From Candidatus Krumholzibacteriota bacterium (GTDB lineage: Bacteria; Krumholzibacteriota; Krumholzibacteriia; Krumholzibacteriales; Krumholzibacteriaceae): a stretch of 64,000 bases of DNA. The position numbers and the translations under genes are program-made. The stretch spans positions 27,750 through 91,749 of the forward strand of contig JAFGBF010000005.1 in the NCBI GenBank assembly GCA_016933255.1, given 5' to 3'. The stretch's first letter is position 1. The number at the start of each line of letters is the position of its first letter. A model generated the notes under the pieces. The model ran no database searches. It worked only from the letters and a program-made list of their open reading frames with translations, and had not been told where the DNA came from. Below, one piece after another: positions 49,038-56,605 of this stretch.

Positions 49038-49519
49038 ACGGACCGTTTAACAGGATACTTTTGTATATCGACGGAAGCGAATCATCTATAACCGCCGCGC
49101 AGATGGCCATTGCCATGGCGAAATCGTATGATGCGAACCTCAAGGTAATATATGTGGTAAACGAGAATCTTCTTAACGAGCTTCTGAAGGCGAAGATCTT
49201 TGTCCAGGTGGAAAAGATGGATTATGAACGGGATCTCGAAGAGGATGGCAAACGGTACCTCAACTATATTGTCAAGTTGGCAGACAAGAAGGGGTTGAAG
49301 ATCGAGACGGTCCTGCGCAAAGGCCTTGTACACGAAGAAGTAGCGATCGAAGTAGAAGAGTATGGCGCTGATCTTATTGTACAGGGTGAACTCGGCGAAG
49401 TTCTCAGTCTCAGGGATTCTTTTTACGAAGAGGGAGAACGGATCCTGAGAAAATCGAAATGCTGCGTGCTGATCATCAGGGGAAGAGACAAGGTCGAAAG
49501 GATCTTCGATGAGATGTGA
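49034..49519 (+). CDS. Universal stress protein (UspA family)
   Basis: RILLYIDGSESS...YVV; ADLIVQG; ILRKSKCCVLII; ATGA overlap with atpD. Confidence 0.85.
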   Translation: MNGPFNRILLYIDGSESSITAAQMAIAMAKSYDANLKVIYVVNENLLNELLKAKIFVQVEKMDYERDLEEDGKRYLNYIVKLADKKGLKIETVLRKGLVHEEVAIEVEEYGADLIVQGELGEVLSLRDSFYEEGERILRKSKCCVLIIRGRDKVERIFDEM

Positions 49520-49638
49520 TATATGGCCGGCTGCCCGGCTCGGTAGCCGGATAACGAGACCTTGCGCCGAGGTGCCGGGTTGATTATTATTCGTCAATGC
49601 TTCAGTGATCGGGAAGATCCCCGCGGGAGGCGGAAATA

Positions 49639-50103
49639 ATGAGATTTTTAGATTTTATCAGGCCGGAATGCATTAACACGGATCTCGATGGTGAAGATAA
49701 GGGTGAGATCATCGAGGAACTTGTCCAGTTAATGGGCGAATCAAATCCAGAGGCTGACACTGACAGAATATATGAAGCGGTGATGGCCAGAGAAAGGGAC
49801 GGAAGTACCGGGCTCGAACTTGGTGTGGCGATCCCTCACGCAAAATGTGATGCAGTCGGGAAACTGAGCATAGTCATCGGTATCTCCAGGAATGGCGTGG
49901 ATTTTGACTCGCTCGACGGCAATCCTGCCCATCTTTTCTTTTTGATGATAGCACCGACCTCTGAATCGGGTCCCCATGTCCAGGCGATAGCAAAGATCGT
50001 AAAAATGATAAAGATCGACAGCTTCAGAAAGCAGCTCCTTAAGGCTTCGGGGAGCGAAGATATCATCAAAGCGATACGCAAGGTGGAAGAAGGGGATGAG
50101 TGA
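49639..50103 (+). CDS. PTS EIIA domain protein (PtsN/fructose-mannitol type)
   Basis: RERDGSTGLELGVAIPHAK with phospho-His; FDSLDG.PAHLFFL. Confidence 0.9.
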   Translation: MRFLDFIRPECINTDLDGEDKGEIIEELVQLMGESNPEADTDRIYEAVMARERDGSTGLELGVAIPHAKCDAVGKLSIVIGISRNGVDFDSLDGNPAHLFFLMIAPTSESGPHVQAIAKIVKMIKIDSFRKQLLKASGSEDIIKAIRKVEEGDE

Positions 50104-50176
50104 CAGGCTCATTCTCCTTTCGAGAGACCTTTATGACTCCCCCTTCTGAATTATAACTCTTTTCAGGATTGTAATT

Positions 50177-50923
50177 ATGATCCCGTCTGGTGATTCAAGG
50201 CTTATAGGATATTATGGGTTCCCTCTGAGGCGGCTTTTGAACAGTGCAAGGGAGAAGTTCGGGCCCGGTCTCGAGATGATAGATCTTGATATCGATCATG
50301 GCGCGCCGGATTCCGGCCTTTTGCCTGTTACTACATGCAGGATCATTTCCAATATCATGAACAATTCAGTGATGCTCCGCAGCAGGCTCGCAGTGATCGT
50401 CGCTGCCGTCGGGGAAGGAAAATGCGACAGGGGAAGGAATATTTCGTTTCTTCTTCAGGGCCTTGGCCTCAACGTTATCGAATCGCGGTTTGAAGAAAAA
50501 GAGTGGGAAGAGAGAGAGCTGATATATTCTTCCGGAAGGGGAACTCTTTCGGAAAGGATCGACCGCATTATGTATTCTGTCATCGATCCGTCTCCCGCGC
50601 CTGGGGTCCCGGAACCGTGCCGTCCTACGCACGGCTTCTGGGGCGTGCCTCCAAATGATTACCGTGTTCTGGACCTCTTTCCTGAAACGACGCATATATA
50701 CGGATGGACGAGGTGCGTAGAGGCGGGAAGGCCATCCGATATGGAAATGGAATCATATGTCGATGAGGGTGTGCCTACCGTATTTTTTACACAGAGTTTC
50801 TGCGCCAAACAGGATCTTGCCCACTATCTCGCAGAGAAATATGGCGGGATAGAGGTAGATTGTCACAGGGAGATAAACGATTCGATACTTGCCAAGGTAG
50901 AGGCATTTATCAGGCTTTCGTAG
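50177..50923 (+). CDS. Conserved hypothetical Cys-containing protein, putative archerase partner
   Basis: Six Cys (TCRII, KCDRG, PCRP, TRCVE, FCAKQ, DCH); FWGVPP motif; directly upstream of activase-like gene. Confidence 0.6.
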   Translation: MIPSGDSRLIGYYGFPLRRLLNSAREKFGPGLEMIDLDIDHGAPDSGLLPVTTCRIISNIMNNSVMLRSRLAVIVAAVGEGKCDRGRNISFLLQGLGLNVIESRFEEKEWEERELIYSSGRGTLSERIDRIMYSVIDPSPAPGVPEPCRPTHGFWGVPPNDYRVLDLFPETTHIYGWTRCVEAGRPSDMEMESYVDEGVPTVFFTQSFCAKQDLAHYLAEKYGGIEVDCHREINDSILAKVEAFIRLS

Positions 50924-50958
50924 CGGCTGGATATCAGCCGGATGATCTGGAGCGTAAA

Positions 50959-51609
50959 ATGCTGATCGGTGACTGCGGTTCAACATGGACTAAGATGCTC
51001 GACACCGAATCCGGTGAGTTTGAGATCATCCAGACCAGGGAGCTGGTCCGCCGCAGGGAGATATTCTTTGATGCGGCGACGGGGCACAGCGCGAAAAAAA
51101 GGTGCAGGATCTTCCGCAATGAGCTGATCTCCCTTGCGCAAGGGGCGCTCTCTCTTGTCGAGGAGGAGGATTTCTCCGTAGTGGATGCCGGCGGCCGGGA
51201 TATCAAATATGTCGAATTCGAGAAAAGAAAGATCAAAAAACTCGATTGGAACCTGACTTGCGGATCTTCCACGGGAACTACGATAGAACTCCTCGGCAAC
51301 TATTATGAAGTCGATTTCAAGACGCTCCGGCCCTCTGAAAAATGGATCAATGTGACCTGCGGCGTGTTCGGAATGGAAAAGGTGCTTGAGCACGTTTCGA
51401 CGGGGACTGAGGCTGAAGAGGCTGTTGCCATGTTCCTTCACGGTATGGTCAGGAACGTCTATGACTTTACCGGCAGGCCAGACAAGCTCTACCTTTCGGG
51501 AGGGTTTTGTGAAAACAACTGTTTCTTGAAAACTTTTGAGTCCTACTGTATTGTGATTCCGCTTGGAAGGATGGTCCCGCTTGAGGGACTGAGAGTCGGA
51601 GATTTTTGA
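50959..51609 (+). CDS. BadF/BadG/BcrA/BcrD ASKHA ATPase, HgdC-type activator-like
   Basis: DCGSTWTK; DAGGRDIK; WNLTCGSSTG..IE; INVTCGVFG; LSGG; start set at ATG 50959. Confidence 0.78.
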   Translation: MLIGDCGSTWTKMLDTESGEFEIIQTRELVRRREIFFDAATGHSAKKRCRIFRNELISLAQGALSLVEEEDFSVVDAGGRDIKYVEFEKRKIKKLDWNLTCGSSTGTTIELLGNYYEVDFKTLRPSEKWINVTCGVFGMEKVLEHVSTGTEAEEAVAMFLHGMVRNVYDFTGRPDKLYLSGGFCENNCFLKTFESYCIVIPLGRMVPLEGLRVGDF

Positions 51610-51685
51610 GTAGAACCGCTAGATCAGCCGCCGGCCGGAGGCAGCAGGCCCGGCATAAACCTGCAAAGACCCGGGAGGAAAGCAG

Positions 51686-53488
51686 ATGAGTCTTCGTGAT
51701 CCAGTCATATTCGTTCTGGTCCTCGCGCTGGTCCTTCCCCTCTGTTCGTGCAGAAATAACCTCTATTCATCGATCGATCTTTCCGATATGGAGCTTTCGG
51801 AAGGAGAAGGGATCGATATCGACGCGAGGCTGCTGACCGACGCAAAAGAGATAGAAGATCTTTTCGGAGCGTTTCTCCCCGATTACGGGATCTTACCTTT
51901 ACTTGTGGCAATACGGAATAACGATACAGTTCCTTTCCGTATATACAGCAGGAATTCCCTTGATCTGCGCGATGATTTCAAAGGGTTTTCCCTTCATCTG
52001 GATGGAAAGGAGATCTTTCCTGTCCATCCGGCGCAGGTGATCGAAGCTATCAAAGGGCTTTCCAGCCCTGCTGACTACCGTAAATACGGCGGGAAAGATA
52101 TAGCTGCCGGTGTCGTTGTTGCTCCGCTGGGTGTAGTTTATGCCTGGAAAGGGTTTAAGGAGTACAGGGAATACAGGCCCCTGATCAATGCTTCGCTCCT
52201 GCCGGCAGATCATGGGGGGACTTTCAGGCCGCTGATGCTGGAACCCGGTGAGGAGATCAACGGATATCTCTATTTTCCTCTGATGCCCGATGAGGTTCCA
52301 TATAAAACCGAAGAGATAAAGGTGACGAAATCGAACAAAATAAAGACAGGATACGTTCATATTTTTAACGGTTCCGTCCTTTCAGGTGCCGTTCTGAAAG
52401 CACGGATCTCTGACGCCGGGATCGACTGTATTCCCGGCTGCGATAAGCTTCCCGGAATCGATTCTCTCGAAATCTCACAGTCGGTTTTCTGCAGGAACGA
52501 CAGAGAAATATCCAAAGACCCCCTGAGCGGCAGTTGCGGCAGGGCTCTTTTCGTTCTGACCGATGAATCGGGAGAGGCTGCTCTTCTTTTTACAGGCGAG
52601 AACGTCTTTTCGGGTGAAAAGGGTCAGGACCTGTTTGAAATAAAGCGGTTCCGGGGGAGTAGCGCCGTTATTGCCGATGCCGAGCAGTATGGAGGATATC
52701 TCGCCTGCGCGGTCAATTTCAAACGGAAAGCAAAGGTATTTGTAATTTATTCCGGCGGCTCTGGAAAGAGGCCTGAGATAACGGCAGTCCGGGATTATGA
52801 AAAAAAGGTAAGAAGAGTCTTTCTTTCCGATGAAGGCTTTACAGTCATAACTGATAATGCCTTCTGTTATTTCGAATCCTATTCGGGAGGGAATCCGGCT
52901 TACAGGAAGATCAGCGGCGATCTTCAGGACGCCTACGTTTTACGGGAAGGAAGTCTTTTTGTTCTCAGCGGAGATGAAGCCGGCCTGCTTTCAGCATCGG
53001 AGGATAACAGATTCAGGGCCGGGAAAAGAATCTCCCTTCCCAAAGCGGAAAGAGATATTTGCGGATCAATAGATACAGAGCTTGTCGCTATTTCCAGAGG
53101 AAGGGGTGGAAGGGGGGATACTCTCGTTGCATACGATACTGTCGATTTAAAGGAAAAGGCAAGGATCCCTTTCAGGGGAAAAATAGAAACGGCAGAAGTA
53201 TACAGGGGCGGGATCCTGGCCCGGCTCGAAGAGGGCACGATACTTGACATTCAGTTGGAGAAAACAGCGGGATTTCGTATACACCACAGCGGCTGGTCCT
53301 CCTCGAAGTTTCTTTCGATGATTTCAGACTCAGGGTATCTGACGGCAATAGATGCAGGCGGAGGTCTTTTGTGCGCAGAGATAGACCTTATGCTTCCCCG
53401 GGCCGTTTCGGCAGGCGGAAAAAAGGTATTCACGACCGCGGTCGGGGAAATATCTCCTTCAGGGAACAGCCTGCCGGAAAAGAAGTAG
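51686..53488 (+). CDS. Hypothetical lipoprotein (600 aa), possible C-terminal beta-propeller
   Basis: Lipobox LPLCSC; GGGAGG RBS; beta-rich C-half. Confidence 0.6.
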   Translation: MSLRDPVIFVLVLALVLPLCSCRNNLYSSIDLSDMELSEGEGIDIDARLLTDAKEIEDLFGAFLPDYGILPLLVAIRNNDTVPFRIYSRNSLDLRDDFKGFSLHLDGKEIFPVHPAQVIEAIKGLSSPADYRKYGGKDIAAGVVVAPLGVVYAWKGFKEYREYRPLINASLLPADHGGTFRPLMLEPGEEINGYLYFPLMPDEVPYKTEEIKVTKSNKIKTGYVHIFNGSVLSGAVLKARISDAGIDCIPGCDKLPGIDSLEISQSVFCRNDREISKDPLSGSCGRALFVLTDESGEAALLFTGENVFSGEKGQDLFEIKRFRGSSAVIADAEQYGGYLACAVNFKRKAKVFVIYSGGSGKRPEITAVRDYEKKVRRVFLSDEGFTVITDNAFCYFESYSGGNPAYRKISGDLQDAYVLREGSLFVLSGDEAGLLSASEDNRFRAGKRISLPKAERDICGSIDTELVAISRGRGGRGDTLVAYDTVDLKEKARIPFRGKIETAEVYRGGILARLEEGTILDIQLEKTAGFRIHHSGWSSSKFLSMISDSGYLTAIDAGGGLLCAEIDLMLPRAVSAGGKKVFTTAVGEISPSGNSLPEKK

Positions 53489-54106
53489 ATGATGAAAAAG
53501 AAAAATGCAGATATCGAAGACCTTCTGACTACCTTTGCCGATCATATAGCGGGGAGTTATCCGGAACCGAAGCAGTTTCGTGATAATATCGTCAGCCTTC
53601 TCGAACAAAAAAGGAAAGGCAAGACAGAATCCGACTATATCCTCTCTCTTGAGAAAAACATCATTTTTCTCAGCGACCTTGTGATTGAAGGAGAAGCGTT
53701 TCTTGAGATGCTTCTAAGTCAGATAAACGATGAATCGCCGGTCGACGTGAAGGTCGAGAACTATCTTCAGGAGATGGAATCACGGGTCCGCGCAAATATA
53801 CCGGAACGGTACGATGAGATATTTTCGGGGCAGAAGAACGAAGAATTCGCTGAACTTATCGACGCCAGGGATGAGGGTGTCACGGCCTATCTTGAGAAAC
53901 TATCGTTCACCTACTTTTATCTGACGACTTTCCGGATGCTCCTTTTCGAATTCCTGAACATTCTCTGCGTAGTACGGGAGGAATATGTCATAGGCCGGGT
54001 CGATTTCGCCGCTCCAGGCCACCTGATCAGCCATATCGAGATGACGGCCAATTACTATCTGGGCAATGTCGGGGTCGGGGAAATTACCGCCGATGAGGAA
54101 GATTAA
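53489..54106 (+). CDS. Hypothetical acidic helical protein
   Basis: 205-aa ORF starting immediately after the upstream stop; no motif recognised. Confidence 0.6.
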   Translation: MMKKKNADIEDLLTTFADHIAGSYPEPKQFRDNIVSLLEQKRKGKTESDYILSLEKNIIFLSDLVIEGEAFLEMLLSQINDESPVDVKVENYLQEMESRVRANIPERYDEIFSGQKNEEFAELIDARDEGVTAYLEKLSFTYFYLTTFRMLLFEFLNILCVVREEYVIGRVDFAAPGHLISHIEMTANYYLGNVGVGEITADEED

Positions 54107-54121
54107 TAGATAAGTAACGTC

Positions 54122-54150
54122 TTGAAATAATTATCCAAAAGGGGTAGATT
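54122..54150 (+). promoter_or_regulatory. Sigma70-type promoter for bioY
   Basis: TTGAAA-N17-TAGATT. Confidence 0.5.
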
Positions 54151-54225
54151 CTGGATATCGAGGATCAGTCTGAGAGACTGGTCATGGTCAACTGGGAACG
54201 ATCGAAAGACTGAAAGGGGTTCAAA

Positions 54226-54789
54226 ATGAATTCCGGAGTTGTGATTACAGGTGATAGGATGATGCCGCTGGCATCGACAGATGTCCTGAGGCGCGCCCGC
54301 AGGATCGCAGCCTTCGTCATCTTTACCGCGGTAGGCGCGCAGCTTGCGGTAAGGCTGCCATATACTCCCGTGCCTGTGACTATGCAGACCCTTTTTGTCG
54401 TTCTTGCTGGGATCGTCCTCGGCCCGCGCGACGGGTTCTACGCGATGATCTCATATCTTGTCGCCGGATTGGCCGGGGCTCCCGTCTTCGCGCACTTTTC
54501 CTTCGGCCCGGCAGTGATCGCCGGTCCCACCGGAGGATATCTGCTCGCTTTTCCGGCAGCTGCTCTTGTTGCGGGTTTGATCTTCCGTTCGTTAGGAAGA
54601 GGAAGCCTCGCTGTTCTGACAGCTGCTCTCTCAGGGACCGCACTGATACTCGTGGCAGGGACATTATATCTTTCCGTTTTCACGGGGTTATCACTGAGCA
54701 GGGCAGTATTCCTCGGCATCACACCCTTTCTCGCCGGTGCCTGCGTGAAGAGTCTTGGTGCGGTGGTGATTATCGGAAGCCGGAAGTGA
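54226..54789 (+). CDS. bioY: Biotin transporter BioY
   Basis: PVPVTMQTLFVVLAG; GLAGAPVFA; GPTGGYLLAF; PFLAG. Confidence 0.93.
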   Translation: MNSGVVITGDRMMPLASTDVLRRARRIAAFVIFTAVGAQLAVRLPYTPVPVTMQTLFVVLAGIVLGPRDGFYAMISYLVAGLAGAPVFAHFSFGPAVIAGPTGGYLLAFPAAALVAGLIFRSLGRGSLAVLTAALSGTALILVAGTLYLSVFTGLSLSRAVFLGITPFLAGACVKSLGAVVIIGSRK

Positions 54790-54840
54790 CCGGACCGTGA
54801 TTATTTTCCATGGGAAAATTCTCGATCTTTTGTTCAGTCC

Positions 54841-54869
54841 TTGAAAAAAAAGAAGATTTATGTTATGAT
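54841..54869 (+). promoter_or_regulatory. Strong sigma70-type promoter with extended -10
   Basis: TTGAAA-N17-TATGAT with TG at 54861-54862. Confidence 0.7.
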
Positions 54870-54874
54870 GCCTG

Positions 54875-54990
54875 TGTGGTATTGATTTTGCGTAAAAGTT
54901 GAGCCCTGCGAGATGTTTGCCCGGTTTAAAGTCCTTAGGGACCTTTAAGGGGGAAAGGGAACGGATCATACTGTCCGTTCCCTTTTTTTT
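54875..54990 (+). ncRNA. Candidate small RNA 1 (~115 nt)
   Basis: Bounded by its own promoter and intrinsic terminator; only an 11-codon ORF with no good RBS; internal hairpin TTAAAGTCC-TTAG-GGACCTTTAA. Confidence 0.5.
54954..54990 (+). terminator. Intrinsic terminator of sRNA 1
   Basis: AAAGGGAACGGA-TCATACTG-TCCGTTCCCTTT followed by T-run. Confidence 0.85.
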
Positions 54991-55061
54991 GCCCCGCTGG
55001 ACTGAAATTGTCAGAAAAACCGGGAGCCGCCAGTGGATCCGAATAATCGCTATCGCGGGGG

Positions 55062-55089
55062 TTGACAGGATTTAAAACCTGACTAGAAT
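55062..55089 (+). promoter_or_regulatory. Sigma70-type promoter of sRNA 2
   Basis: TTGACA-N16-TAGAAT; spacer contains near-palindrome CAGGATTTAAAACCTG. Confidence 0.7.
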
Positions 55090-55094
55090 ATATA

Positions 55095-55257
55095 CAGGAT
55101 GGGGGGACACACAGGGACATAAGTCGTAGTTGGACCCCGCACAGGAGATGAAGGCGGGTGAACCCGGGTCTCTGGTGGTCTTTTCATCATTCTTCTATAT
55201 CTTTGAGACGCCACGGATTTCCATATTGCATGGGGACCCGTGGCGGTTTTTTGTTTT
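55095..55257 (+). ncRNA. Candidate small RNA 2 (~160 nt), GGA-rich, Csr/Rsm-like
   Basis: Own promoter and terminator, no downstream same-strand gene; 7 GGA triplets, 5 within the first ~52 nt; CCCGC-ACAGGAGATGAAG-GCGGG hairpin with GGA in loop. Confidence 0.55.
55209..55257 (+). terminator. Intrinsic terminator of sRNA 2 (may also serve convergent GT4)
   Basis: CGCCACGG...CCGTGGCG stem with inner CCAT/ATGG, then GTTTTTTGTTTT. Confidence 0.75.
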
Positions 55258-55321
55258 CGGGTAAAATGAATATGAAACGGGGAGCGGGCGGACCAGAAAG
55301 ACCATAAGCCCTGAGGGCAGG

Positions 55322-56545
55322 TCAATCTCCGGAAACCATCCTGTCAAAAAGCTCCAGCTCTTTTGAAGTCCTCTCATCCCACGACATAAAGTTCTTCTTT
55401 GCAAAGGCGGAGGCCCGTTTACCCAGTCCCTTAACCATCACCGGGTCACGCAGAAGTTTTTCGATTCCGGCCGTCATCCCTTCGATATCATCGTTTTTGA
55501 TCAGCAGCCCTGTTTCGCCGTCTCTGACGACTTCTGAAGTTCCAGCTATATCGAAGGCTACGACAGGCAGGCCGCAAAGAAGAGCTTCGCATGGAGGCAT
55601 CGACATATTGGTCAGTTCATTCGTTCCTACAAAAAAATCGCAGGATTTAAGGAGAAGAGGGATATCGTTGTATTTTATTGCTCCGGTAAAATGGACTTTT
55701 TCGGAGATCCCCAGCTTTCTGCTGAGGAGCTTAAGGTTTTCAAGTTCCGGGCCCGCACCCCCGATGACTATCTCCGCTTCCTCCAGAAGATCTTTATCGA
55801 CCGCCGCCATAGCTCTCATGAAAATATCGATCCGTTTCGACCTTACCAGTCTTGAAAAAGTCACGACAAGTTTCTTGTCATCGCGAATTCCGTGAGAGTG
55901 CCTCAGTTTATTTCGGTCGACGGCAAGATCGGCCCACCCCAGCTCCATTCCGTTCGGCAGAAATGTTATCCTCTCAGGGGGAATCCCTTTTTCCATAAGG
56001 GCATCTCTGCCCTGGGTCCCGTCATTCAGGACTATATAGTGATCGACCCTGTTTTTGAGAGCCACGATCTGTTCGTGATTATACAGTCTGTACCTTATCG
56101 GCGGAAGGTGATGATGGCCGAGATACATCACTCCGAAGAGTTTAACGGCAGCGGGCAAACCGGTCTTTTCGATTATTCTTTTCAGCGGAGCGAGGGAAAA
56201 GTACGAATATCCCAGAACGAGATCAGGGTCATATTCCTTAATAAGCCGAAGCAGGACAGGCATCAGTTTTCGGATAAACAGATCCCGAATAATGATGCGT
56301 CTGAGCGGCCCGGGGATTCCCGGCAGTGAACGGAAGATATTCGGATATGTATGATATCGAAGTCCGGTGTGTTGATAAAAGGCTGATTTATGCTGCGGTT
56401 CCGGGATAAGGTATTCGATCTCGACCCCTCGTTCCGTGAGTGTTTTGATAAAATGAAGTTCGTCCGGGACGCCGCACCCCTCTCCCAGAGACCACATCTC
56501 GTCCCATATCGAGATCACCAGCAACTTTTCCAGTCTTTTACTCAA
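55322..56545 (-). CDS. Glycosyltransferase family 4
   Basis: FSRLVRSKRID; EALLCGLPVVAFDIAGTSEVVRDGETG. Confidence 0.9.
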   Translation of the reverse strand: MSKRLEKLLVISIWDEMWSLGEGCGVPDELHFIKTLTERGVEIEYLIPEPQHKSAFYQHTGLRYHTYPNIFRSLPGIPGPLRRIIIRDLFIRKLMPVLLRLIKEYDPDLVLGYSYFSLAPLKRIIEKTGLPAAVKLFGVMYLGHHHLPPIRYRLYNHEQIVALKNRVDHYIVLNDGTQGRDALMEKGIPPERITFLPNGMELGWADLAVDRNKLRHSHGIRDDKKLVVTFSRLVRSKRIDIFMRAMAAVDKDLLEEAEIVIGGAGPELENLKLLSRKLGISEKVHFTGAIKYNDIPLLLKSCDFFVGTNELTNMSMPPCEALLCGLPVVAFDIAGTSEVVRDGETGLLIKNDDIEGMTAGIEKLLRDPVMVKGLGKRASAFAKKNFMSWDERTSKELELFDRMVSGD

Positions 56546-56605
56546 ATTGCCACAGACCTTTCACAAAACGCTTCCTGAGAGGAGTGCCCGATACAGGTAC
56601 GTGTT

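Noticed and set aside
54150-54225. BirA operator upstream of bioY
   Set aside because: Only a possible half-site (GTCAAC); no matching inverted half at 14-16 nt.
55148-55264. 38-codon ORF MKAGEPGSLVVF... inside sRNA 2
   Set aside because: AGGAG abuts the ATG with no spacer and the ORF runs through the terminator; kept only as an alternative.
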